From the IMG/VR virus record IMGVR_UViG_3300051212_000212, positions 1 to 56,322 of that record: DNA of 56,322 nucleotides; one strand, 5' to 3'. A model generated the notes under the pieces. That model was given only the letters and a program-made list of their open reading frames with translations, was not told the DNA's origin and ran no database searches. Origin of the DNA: a virus (Duplodnaviria; Caudoviricetes). Positions 12,724 through 24,500 of this stretch are shown here, one piece after another (position 1 is the stretch's first letter; each line of letters opens with the position of its first letter). Position numbers and translations under genes: made by a program.

Positions 12724-13499
12724 ACTCTAATGCATTATTAGTACAAGCAGCCAGCGGACTAGAAAGAATGATGGCTGGCAGTAAGTATGAGAATTTAAAA
12801 GAAAGCGTAGTAGCTCAAGTATCTGCTACCGTATACTATAAAGCTCATGTATTAGCAAAGGTTGCTACAAGCAAAGCATTTAAAGAGAAATTTACCAAGG
12901 TTGTATTTGATCAGATAAATAAAGACTTTGGAGAATATATTGATGCCAAAGCTAGAATATCCCCTAAGTCATTGCACCATGTATACGAATGGAAAAAGAC
13001 AGGGTCTGCAACAGCAAGACTATTTAAATTAAATCTATTGCCAGGAGAAGGATTATCATTCCGCATATCTTCAGAATTCAAGCTTTCTACAAGCATGGTC
13101 CCAACTGGAAAAGGAAAGCATAGACATGTATTTGCAAATAAAGCAATGGTCATGGAACAAGGAAACCCAGTAGTAATTACTCCAAGAAGTGCTGAAAGAA
13201 TTGTTTTTGATATAAATGGATATACTGTTTATATGCCTAAAGGTGCATCTGTAACAGTAAGACGACCTGGAGGAGCTGCTGCAAAGCAATCATTTGAATT
13301 AAATAAGAGACACTTCTTTGCAAGCGATCTTGTAAATCAATCCATAAAGAGATCAGGATTTCAAAATATATTCTCTTCTTCTATGGCCCGTGCACTCGGA
13401 GTTCCAGCAAGTGTTAAAAAAGTTTCATATTCGTTTTCTCCAAACACTCTTCAAAGAGCAGCAGAGACTGCAGTAGAAACAGCATTTGGAGGCATCTAA
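12720..13499 (+). CDS. Neck/tail-completion protein (putative)
   Basis: Basic 259-aa ORF in the neck module; TTG start overlapping the upstream stop. Confidence 0.5.
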   Translation: MNSNALLVQAASGLERMMAGSKYENLKESVVAQVSATVYYKAHVLAKVATSKAFKEKFTKVVFDQINKDFGEYIDAKARISPKSLHHVYEWKKTGSATARLFKLNLLPGEGLSFRISSEFKLSTSMVPTGKGKHRHVFANKAMVMEQGNPVVITPRSAERIVFDINGYTVYMPKGASVTVRRPGGAAAKQSFELNKRHFFASDLVNQSIKRSGFQNIFSSSMARALGVPASVKKVSYSFSPNTLQRAAETAVETAFGGI

Positions 13500-14011
13500 T
13501 GACAGTAAATTATAAGCAAGACGCAATGATAGAGGTGAGAAAGTTCCTTTGGGATAAATTGACGGCGGCAGGGCTATTTAATCCAGACCATTACTACAGT
13601 GAGAATATATCTGAAACTATAATCCCAATACTACCAGTACAGCAAGCGCCAGAAATGAATCAATTCCTTAATGGCAAAAAGCATTTTGTGTACGACAAAA
13701 TCGGAATGTCGTATGAAAATATGTGGGCTATATGCTGCGAACAGATACTGTTCACAATATACGCCCCACAAGTATCCGATATTATAGAAATCAGGAACTT
13801 CATGACAGATGAGTTTAGACGTATGGACGAGTCTGCAAAGGATATAAATGCCTCAAGCGTGACTTCAAATAAGTTTAATTTCTATAGCGTCTTTATAGCA
13901 GACATATCCCCTATTTCTCCTTCTGAGGAGCTACAGGGCATGTTCGCCACAGACGTAATTCTTGAGATAAAATACGGCAGGGCTACAGATAGAAAAGGTA
14001 GATTTATATAG
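13499..14011 (+). CDS. Tail terminator-like protein (putative)
   Basis: 170 aa, immediately upstream of the major tail gene. Confidence 0.5.
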   Translation: MTVNYKQDAMIEVRKFLWDKLTAAGLFNPDHYYSENISETIIPILPVQQAPEMNQFLNGKKHFVYDKIGMSYENMWAICCEQILFTIYAPQVSDIIEIRNFMTDEFRRMDESAKDINASSVTSNKFNFYSVFIADISPISPSEELQGMFATDVILEIKYGRATDRKGRFI

Positions 14012-14098
14012 TTTGCCTTTTGACCTCTAATAGATTAGAATTATACCAAGAGGAAAGAGCCTAGCCAGCCAATAATTTCGAAATTAGGAGGTAATTAA

Positions 14099-14812
14099 AT
14101 GGCAAGAGAAAGTTATAACTCAGCCAAGAACATCATCGTTGGTGCTTCACCACTATTCATTAGCAAGTCTCAAGCAGGTTTGTCTAAGTTGGATCCAACA
14201 TCTGGTGCAGAAAAAGTAGATTTCGTTGCAAACGAGTCTTACATTGATACACTGAATGGAACAACTGGCGCTTCAAAGTGGCGCAATGTTGGTTACACCA
14301 ATAACGGTCTTCAAATTACATACAACCCATCATACGGTTCTGTAACTGTTGACCAGCTTCTTGACACAGCAAAACTTTTCAAGGAGTCCATGGAAGTCAT
14401 GCTTATGACAGAAATGGCAGAAGGTACTCTAGAAAATCTAGTTGTAGTATTTGGTCAGCCAGATGTCGCTAACAGCGATACAATTGGAAACACAAATACA
14501 CTACAGAGCTCAGATCCAGCAGCAAATGGAACTAAGGCTCTCGGTCTTGCAGCAGGAGCATTGCTCCAGGCTCCAGTCGAGCGTCAGCTTTGCGCTGTAG
14601 GTCCAGCTCCAGATTATTCTGGTTCAACCGCAATCAGCGGATATACAAAGAATGAGCGTGTATATTATGCTCGCCGTGTGCTCTCTGTGCAACAGTCACA
14701 GTTCTCATTGGCTCGTAATACACCAACAACATTCCCAGTAACATTCCGTCTTCTTCCAGAAGCAGCATATGCAGGCGCTGAATATGGTAAGATCATTGAT
14801 CGTGTATTCTAA
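14099..14812 (+). CDS. Major tail tube protein
   Basis: 'NIIVGASPLFI', 'VGYTNNGLQITYNP', 'PVTFRLLP'; strong AGGAGGT SD; terminator downstream; followed by chaperone and tape measure genes. Confidence 0.8.
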   Translation: MARESYNSAKNIIVGASPLFISKSQAGLSKLDPTSGAEKVDFVANESYIDTLNGTTGASKWRNVGYTNNGLQITYNPSYGSVTVDQLLDTAKLFKESMEVMLMTEMAEGTLENLVVVFGQPDVANSDTIGNTNTLQSSDPAANGTKALGLAAGALLQAPVERQLCAVGPAPDYSGSTAISGYTKNERVYYARRVLSVQQSQFSLARNTPTTFPVTFRLLPEAAYAGAEYGKIIDRVF

Positions 14813-14835
14813 TTAAATTTCAATTTAATTAATTC

Positions 14836-14864
14836 GAGATCCCCCCAGAAATGGGGGGATTTTC
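14836..14864 (+). terminator. Rho-independent terminator after the major tail gene
   Basis: ATCCCCCCA-GAAA-TGGGGGGAT followed by TTT. Confidence 0.8.
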
Positions 14865-14922
14865 GCTTGTCTTTATAACATGTATTTGTTATAATGAATG
14901 TAACTATCCGAAGGAGGATAAA

Positions 14923-15255
14923 TTGGCTACAAAGGTATATGATGTAGAAGAAATCGAGCTCCAGAATGGGGCTAAGGTTAAGTTAAAACCATTAACTATC
15001 AAGGAACTACGTAAGTTCATGACAGCAATTCAAAAGACTGCAAATGTAACAACAGAAGATGAGACACTAACAATTCTTATCGAAGCGTGTGCAGTAGCAT
15101 TAGAGAAGCAGCTTCCAGATCTTGTAAAAGATCTAGACGCTCTAGAAGATGCTTTGGACGTACCAACTATCAATCGCATTCTAGAAGTATGCGGTGGAAT
15201 TAAGATGGACGACCCAAACCTTCTAGCGGCAGCGGTTCTGGCTGGGCAGAACTAG
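14923..15255 (+). CDS. Tail assembly chaperone (lambda G-like)
   Basis: AAGGAGG SD then TTG at 14923; located between the tail tube and tape measure genes. Confidence 0.75.
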   Translation: MATKVYDVEEIELQNGAKVKLKPLTIKELRKFMTAIQKTANVTTEDETLTILIEACAVALEKQLPDLVKDLDALEDALDVPTINRILEVCGGIKMDDPNLLAAAVLAGQN

Positions 15256-15578
15256 ATTTAGCCGCTTTACTCGGAGAAGTTTTCCTTCTTGGTAATTGGA
15301 AAAATTACGAAGAACTAGAGGATAACTTATCAATGCCAGAATTAATCCAGACGTTTAAGGCAATGCAAAAAACGGAGGAAGAGAAGAGGAGATTCTTAGC
15401 TTCACTTCAAGGCATTAACTTAAATGAGCAAGAAGAAGAAGGCCCGTCCTTTGAAGATGTTCAAAGAAAAGCCTTGGGAATAAATGCAAGAGGAGACGAT
15501 GTGGTATCACTACAAGGTCCGTTTGCAGCCCAAGCAGGTTTTGGTGTCGGAATGGGATTGGGATATGAACAGGGGTAG
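14923..15578 (+). CDS. Tail assembly chaperone frameshift product (GT-like), -1 shift at C CCA AAC (15213-15219)
   Basis: In-frame X XXY YYZ heptamer; the -1 frame is open from 15204 to 15578 and joins the 15333 ORF. Confidence 0.7.
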
Positions 15579-15589
15579 TATATTGACAA

Positions 15590-18500
15590 ATGGCTGACGA
15601 GCAAATTGTAACTAATATAGTTGCTAATGCCGACTTTTCTAATCTCATCGGAGATTTAAATAAAGTAACGGTAGCGCTCAGTCGCATGCAGTCCGAACTA
15701 AAGTCCACTCAAAGATCTTTAGGTAATCAGATTCGTGCAATCAATACCCAATTCGGTGAGACTCTTAGAAGCACTGGACAGTTCACATCCCATTTCGTAA
15801 CCATATCTTCAGATGTAGAAAAGTTTGGTAGAAGCCTAGACTCAGGCAAGATGAAGTTAGGCCAATACTTTAAGGTATGGCAAGACCATCATAGAACTGC
15901 AGGCGGATTAATTAGAGACCTTGCTAAACAGCAAGTTCAAATGCAAAATGCGGTTCTGCAACCAATAGGTAAAAATGCAGAAGGAATGATGCGCTTTGCT
16001 GTGCATGTTCCTAAAGGCTTAGATTTAATAAGAAACAAAACAGCTTTAACTCGTCAAGAGTTAGCTATTATGAATAAGGTTGTGCAGGACGGAGCACAGC
16101 AATTAATTAACTGGGGTAAAAATACACAGTGGGCTGGTCGTCAGTTAACTGTAGGATTAACCGTACCACTTGTAGCATTCGGCAAAGCAGCAGCAGACGC
16201 ATTTAGAGCGGCAGACCAAGAATTAGTTCGTCTAACAAAGGTTTATGGAGATTTAGGCGAAACAACAACTGCTAATCTGGCACAAGTAAGAAAAGAAGTT
16301 GTAGCAACAGCAAAAGAACTTTCTACTACAATGGGAGTTTCCTTTAAAGACACAATTGCTCTTGGCGCTGATATTGCTGCTACTGGTAAAACTGGAAATG
16401 AACTACTTTCATCTATCTCAGAAACAACTCGTCTTGCAGTTCTTGGTGAGGTTGATCGTCAAGATGCTATGAAAGCAACGCTTGCAATTCAGTCAGCATT
16501 TAAAGCAAATACAGAAGAACTAGCAGAATCAATTAACTTCCTAAACGCAGTTGAAAACCAAACATCAACAACTCTAAACGATCTCGTAGAAGCAATTCCA
16601 AAAGCTGGTCCTGTAATTAAAGGTTTGGGCGGAAGCGTACAAGATCTTGCTCTTTATCTAACTGCTATGCGTGAAGGCGGAATTAACGCAACAGAAGGAG
16701 CGAATGCTCTAAAGTCAGCACTAGCATCTTTGATTAACCCGACAGATGTTGCTGTAAAGAAATTTGAAGGATTTGGAATAGACCTACTTGGTATTGTAAA
16801 TAACAATGCTGGTAATGTAACAAAGACTCTATTAACCCTACAATCAGCATTAGATCAGTTAGATCCTTTGGCTAAGCAGCAGGCAATCGAACAATTGTTT
16901 GGCAAGTTCCAGTTCTCAAGACTAAATGCTTTGTTTGAGAATTTAGGAAAGCAGGGAAGCCAGACACTACAGGTTTTAGATTTGATGAAGGCATCATCAG
17001 AAGACTTGGCAAATATAGCTGGTCGAGAATTAGCGGCAGTAACAGAATCGGCTTCTGGTAAATATCGTAGAGCGCTTGAAACACTAAAAGCAGACCTAGC
17101 TCAAACTGGAGAACAGTTCCTTAATATTGCTACAAAGGTAATTAATGCAACAGATAAAATAATTAATTTTATAAACAATTTGCCCGAACCAATGAAGAAG
17201 ATTCTTGGATTGGCTGGAGGATTTACTGCTCTGGTTGGTCCACTTATCATGCTTACTGGTGTTCTTGGAAACTTCTTTGGCTATATTGTAAAGGGAGTCT
17301 ACCACTTCAAAGCACTTTTCAAGGGTGCAGAAGGATGGAAACTTCTTACTCCAGAAATTATGGCGGCAAACAATGCTGGAACATTAATTGAGAAAACATT
17401 TTATTCTGATGCGAAAGCGGCGGCTGTACTACACAAAGCAATACTAGATTTAACTGCACAGTATAACGGGCTTGCAGAAGCAGCAGCAAGAGCTGCAATT
17501 GGAACTGGAGCAGTATCTACAACAGCAGGAAACCCTGTAATAGTATCTACACCAGGCGGCGGAAAGAGAATTGTAGACCCAACACACCCATTAGCAGGTA
17601 GAGAAGGAACCAGATCATTTGCACATATGGTTCCAAGAAAGACAGATCAACCTGGAAGTATATTTGGAGTTGTTCAATCTTCAGGTCCAGTAAATACTCT
17701 TGTTGGCGAAAATCCTATGATTTACGCAGCAGACGATTTGCCAAATATTCCAGGACTTACAACAATTGAAAGAAGTGTAAAGACTGCTGCTGGAAGACAG
17801 CCTATGGCCGTATCTACAGGAGTTGTAATAGATGAGGTTGCTAAACAGCATGCCTTGATGGCAGCATTGGCAATGCAAGGAAAACAAGAATTAATTGAAA
17901 TTGAAGATACCCTAAAAAATAGCGGAATGCTAACAGTAGGGTTTATGCAAACATTTGATGACATCCTGCCAGAGACTTCAAGAATTGCTAAAAATGCAGC
18001 AGCTGCATCACAAGCAATTATTGCAGAAGTTCAAGCAGGAAAAGTAACTGTAGAACAAGCAAGAGCAAAAATTATTCAATTGAATATTGCAGTAGAACAA
18101 GAAATTATAGAAACAATGTCTTTGCTTGCTGCTTCAAGAGGTGCAGCATTTGACCCATACACAATACCTCTTCTTTCACAGCCCTCAATAACTGCGGCTG
18201 GAAAATCAAATATGAAAGAGCTTTTCCATAAAGAAAATACTCGTGATTTGGTAAATCAAATTGCTACATTGCTTGGAGTTAGAACTTCAGGCGCTGGTTA
18301 TAATTTAGAAACTACAACTCCAGTCGGTGCTCGTAAAGGATATAGGCAGCTTCCATTGCCAGGATTTATAGGCGGAGGACAGATAGCAGACGGAGTATAT
18401 ACTCTAAATGATGGAAATATTGTTCCTGGTCCAAAACATATAAATAGAGATATTCAATTTGGAATATTACCAGTAGATTCATTTGTAGTAAATCAGGGTG

Positions 18501-21500
18501 CTACTAAAAAGAATCTTGAATTTTTGCAAGGAATGGTTGGAGAAAAGAACAATTTAACTGGGGGCGGACAACCAGTAATGCTTTCGCCATTTGAATTTGT
18601 AGTTCCCCCAGAAGTAGTAAATGAAGGAAATAATTTAGATATATTAAAGGGTATAAATTCTGGACAAATAACATTTAGTAATACTGGTGGCAAAATACCA
18701 GCTCTACAATATTTTGCTGCTGTAAATGCTGGAAGAATGGTTGCAAGAAAAACAACTCCATTAAAGGTTACTCTTTCAAAATCAAAGATAAAGAAAATTG
18801 ATCCTAAGTGGTCTCCTAGAAATCCAAAACGAGGAGATACATGGAATTTAAAACCAGCAAGTGGTGGAGTATATGGCGTAGATGATTCTGGGGTAAATGA
18901 AAGGCTTGCAACTACTGGAGCTTCGGCGTCAGAGTATCTTGAGTCTTTAAGAAATGCAGCAGTTATAAAAGGTTCAAGCAACCCATTGGTTGGAACAACA
19001 GATGATTTCTTGGAAGCCCTTGTCTTAGCTGGAAAGATTTCTAAATCTGAAGCAGACAGGGTATTAGTAAGTCTATCTAAAGCTTACACTGCTAAAGTAA
19101 AAGAGATGTCTGTAATTACAGATCCAACAAATCCATATCACGCACTATCTGAGCGGGCAATTATGGATTCTCCATATGCAGCAAAAATTTTGCCTTGGTG
19201 GAAACAGTTTAAGGTTAAAACAGGATCAATAGAAAAAAACAGACCTTCTGGCTCAAGAAGTGGAGCTTCTGGAAGTCCAACATCTACAATTTTAGTTGTA
19301 GATGGTGAAGTTGTAAAAGTAAAACCATTTGAAGGAAGCAGAAAAGACTCTATAAAAGCACTTCATGGTGCAAATAAAGATTGGTCTGATTTTATAGAAG
19401 AGTCTTTGGGAACTGGAGTGGGCGCTGCAATGCTGGGCGGCTTAATACAAAAATTTGCTGCATTCATGCCAGGAAGAAAAGTACAGAAAAAGGTTGGACC
19501 AGAGTTTGAAGAAGAATTTCCTGATTGGGTAATTAGAAATGAAAAAACTAATTTATCCAATACAGACCCATTACATGGACCACTTCAAATTGGAAGATAT
19601 CAACCACCACTAACTATAAGAACTAGGCGTCAGCCAGCAGGAATTATGTATCGTGGTCGTTATACAAAATCTATATGGCAGGGTGGACCAAAGAAGGGCG
19701 AAGCCTATTGGAGCCCAAGACATACAGCTAAAGTTGAAGCATTTTTAACTGGCGATGAGGCAGCACGTGCAAATTATATAATTGAAGAATATATGCGTGG
19801 CGCATATAGCGTTATGGGAATAAAAGGCGCAGCAGAAGCTCTTCGTGCCGCCGCAAAAAAGGTTAGCGGAAGATTTTATAGGGGAATAACTCTTGGAGGA
19901 AGAAGCAGAGTTGGCGGCACAATGTCTGCATTACCAGATTGGTTAGAACAAGAACTTGAGTTGGCAAGAAAGACTGGAGACTTTTCTGGAGTTATAGGAA
20001 GAGAGTTTATTCTACGCAGGTCTTCTTGGAGCGAAAATCCAAAAACAGCTGGAGGTTTTGGAGACTTCTTTATAACAGCAGATGTAAAAAATAGAAATGC
20101 TGTTAAGGCATCAGAGATGTTCCCAGATCTCAGATTCCCAGACCCAAGAACTGGAGAAATGTTGCCAGTTAATGAAAGCGAATCTTTCTTTGGCGGCAAG
20201 TTTAGAATTGTAAAAGCAAGCAAAGATGGAATGTATGTTCAAAGCGTAAACAGCCCTATGGGTGGAAACCGTGCTATGGGCGGAGATGTTAATGCTGGAA
20301 CCCCATACATAGTAGGAGAAAATGGTCCAGAGGTATTTATTCCAAGACAGAGCGGCGGAATAATTCCTAATAACATGATGCAATATAAACTTGCAGGCGG
20401 AGGAATTAAGGCTATATGGAATGCAATTCGTGGAGTTCTTTCTAAAGGCAAAACAGCAAAAGCACCAGCAACTACAGCAGCACCAAGTGGTTCTGGACAA
20501 ATGGAGTTGGATCTAGGAGTACCCGCAGCAGCGGCAGCAGATGATTTAACTGGACAGATGTCTCCGTTTGGATTTAAGGGACAAATGATTGGACTCGGCG
20601 GAAGTTTGGCGGGAGGAGCAATAGGACAATCAATTGGCGGAACACCAGGATTTATGGTTGGTAGCATGGTTGGAAATATGGCAATGTTTATACCACAACT
20701 AATTAAGGCTGCTAAAGTTGCTGGAACATTATTTAAGCTATTAAAGAATTTAACTATAGGCGGAGCAGTAATAACAGCATTAATTTCTATTGGAAAGTAT
20801 TTGCTAGATCTTAAGAAGAAGGCGGAAGATTTAGGAAAGGCTAATAGATTAGCATTTGGCGGAACTCAAGAATCATTTACATCTGTAGGCATAAAGAGCT
20901 ACAAATCAATGTCTGACCGTATTAAAGACATAAATGAGCAATTGGAATTACATCGAGCAAAGGTTAAATCAGTATATGAATCATATACCAAGACTGGTGT
21001 ATCTGGTCTAAGCCTTACAATTGAAGAACTTAGAAAAGCAATTGAAAATGCTAAAACAAGCCAGAAAGAATATGTTGAGGCATTTAACAACATAGATTCA
21101 GGCAGAGTTGTAGAATATGCTGCTCAATTAAAAGCACAATTTGTTGCTATGGGAATGTCAGCACAAGAGGCTACAAATCAAATTTATGCAATAGTTAAAG
21201 CATCAGAAAAGGCTGGGCAGGCGTTTTCAGCAATAACATCAAAGGCATTTACATCAATTAAAGACTCCACTAGTGGCATAGAATTTATTATAAACTATCT
21301 AAAAGAATCTCTTGGAGACACGTTTAACGTAGAAGAGTTTAATACAGGCCTGGACACACTTTTAAATGCTGTATTAATGTATAGAGATTCTTTGGTTGGA
21401 ACAGCGGATGATCAAAAGAATATTAGAGATGAAGCAGATGCAACAGCAGAAACTTTAGAAAAAATTGGTAAAATGAAGGGCTCTGAAAGAATAATAAATG

Positions 21501-24500
21501 CAGAGCAAATAGAACAGCTAAAATCACAAAATATTATATATGGCTCTATACTTAGCAGCACAGAATCTATTGAGAGCATAACTGCTAAGATCCTTCTGTA
21601 TAGCTCTGGATTGGCTGATGTTGTTGATCTAGGAAGAATGTCTGCAGAAAATGCAATAGCTCTTGCTAAAAACTTTGCTACTGTTCAAAATATAATGAAC
21701 TCAGTAACAGAAGATATTCAAGATGATAAATATAGAAATACATTAGAGCCTCTTGCAAAAGTAATTAAAACAGTAAAAGATGATTCTGATAGTGCTGCTG
21801 AAGCAGTAAAGCGTTTAAAAAAGGTTGATGAAGATTATTATAGAAACAAGATGAAGGCTATTGATGATCTTATTAAGAAACTTCAAAAAGAAAGAGACGA
21901 AAGGCTTAAGCTAATCGATCTTCAGGAAAGAGCTTCAACATTTGAAAATCAAATGAAGTCAGCTCAAATTAAATATCAGCAATCATTGACTGCTGGTAAT
22001 TTGGCTCAAGCAGCACAAGAGCAATTAAACATAAATCAATTATCTTCAGAAAGACAAAGACAGCTTTTGCGTGATTCTATTAATGATAAATATAATGATC
22101 AGATAGATAAACTTCAAGCTCAAAAAGATAAATTACAGGACGATCTTGATAAGGCTAATAAAAACTATAATGCCAAAACAGCAGCGGCATCAGAAAAAGC
22201 TGCGGAGCTTGCAAAGCTTCAAGCGTATAGAGACGAACTAGAATTAATAGCACTTAGAAATGTAGATGGACCAATTAGCAAAACTGATTCTATGCGTATT
22301 GAAAATATATTTAAAGAAATGACAGACGCTGGCGGAGAACTAAAGAAAGCAGCTGAAGCAATGCGAGTTGGAAACCCAGCAGTTCCATCGATTAGAGGTA
22401 CTGCAGGAAAGTCATTCTCTCAAGTACTTGTAGACAATTTGAATGCTGATGTAAAGTCTAGGGCTGCTGAAAATAAAACATTTAAAACTGCAGTTGATGC
22501 TTTTGTTAAAGCTGTAGATAAATTTAAGGGAGACAGTACTATCCCAGCAGCACCTGGAGCAGGAGACTATAAAAATGTTAAATTTGGTATAGACTACAGT
22601 TATTTGCATTTCGAAGCACCTTCTGGAAAATATGTAATTAAAGTTAATTCAACTAGATATGACGATACTTTCCAAACCGTTAAAGATAAGGGATGGACTC
22701 CAGTAAGATGGAATGATGTCAGAATGAAAGGCTTTAAGGATCTTGGTACTCAAGGAGAAGACGGAGAACTTTCAGATCAAAATCTTGCTACTGGAGGCTA
22801 TGTAAAGGGTTACTCTAAGGCGGGAGAAATTACAGGAAGTGGTGGAACAGGAACTTCTGATGACATATTAATTCGTGCCTCTAGAGGCGAATTTATGGTT
22901 AATGCAAATTCAGTTGCTAGTGCTGGAATAGAGAATATGCACTCTATTAACCAAAAGGGCGCAGACGGAATTATTGAAGCTGCAATGAGATTGCTTTCTG
23001 GATCAAAGAGATTAAACAAGGGCGGAATTACAGACCAACAGATGGCAAAAACAAATAAGGGTCTTTCTTACTATGATAAGAATATAGATCCAAAATTTGA
23101 ATCTTTTGCAAGGTTAACTGCAAAATTATTTACAAATTCCCCAGGAGGATATATTCTTCCAGCCATGCATGTGGCAAAAGATGTTTTTGGTTCATGGCTT
23201 TTTGGAGCAAAACCAACATTTGGTAAGCGTGGCATATTAAAAGACTTAGATCCAAAAACCTATACACCTTATTTAGAAGCATTCAATATGTCAATGCTTC
23301 ACCCATTCTCAGAAATTGCAAAGGGAAGTGCAACAAAGGGAGACTGGATAAATGCCGCTTTGTTTATGGTTCCACAATCAAAGGCTGGCACAGGCCTATC
23401 AGCAGCGTCAAGAATTCAAATGTCTAAGTCTGGAGCTTTTGCTGCTCTTTCAACTAAGAGATACAAGGATTTTGTTAAATCAATATATCAAACAAAGTAT
23501 GTGGAAAATGATGGACTTAAATTCCCAACACATACAATAGGAACAGATAGCACTAGATTTGGATTTGAGGGATACGGAGAAGATTTATCTGGACTATTAA
23601 AGGCGGGTAAAATAGATGAGATTGTTAAAACCACTCCTGAAGGAATACTAGAGGCTGCATTAAAACTAAATCCTAAGAGTAAAGAAATTAGATCTTTGCT
23701 TGATAATTTTAAAAATAAAAATATTACCCAAAAAGAAATAGAATTTTTAGATCAAATGATTGGCGCTACCTCTATAAGTAATAGAGGAAAGCGTACACAA
23801 TTAGAGCAAGGCGAAGGATTTGCAATGCTTTTGGCTGCCCTTAAGGGAGACAAAAATGCTCAAGATATAGTTAAAATTAAAGCTGGAATTGCTGAAGAGA
23901 TAGTTAAAAAAGAAAGACTTGCAAGAAATAAAGAAGTTGCTGAGTCGTATAAGGGATTTAGACTGGAGGACGGTCCAGTTGAGCCACAAAATGTTCCAGT
24001 AATACATTCTACAAAATATCCTGTTGTAAGGGATAAAAACGGAAATGTAGTTTTACATACCTATGGAGATCAAAATATAGGTACAGATGTAGCGTACCCT
24101 AGAGCATCGCTACACTTTACATTAGAAGATACTGTAAAATCTCACATGCAAGGTCAATGGGATTCTGCACAAAATAAAATAGTCTCTAGATTGTCTACAA
24201 TGATAGACGATAGCGGATTGCCATATCAATTAAATTCCACAGATACATGGTGGATGAGAAATCCTGGACAGCCTCTTAAGATATCTGATGCTAGTGTTAT
24301 TAAGCCGTTTACAAATTATTCTTCTTATGCCGATGAATTAATTTCAAGAGGTTTGATGAAGGCTGGGGACGATACCCCAATTATGGCTATAGATACTAAA
24401 ACTAAAGAAATTTTACATCTAATTAAAGAAAACTACACCGACGCAGATAGAATTAAGATTGCTGAATTGCAAGGGTATTCTGCTGGATATGCTGAAACAC

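Noticed and set aside
14073-14086. TAATTTCGAAATTA palindrome before the major tail SD
   Set aside because: It is short and AT-rich, does not cover the SD, and gives too little evidence for a function.
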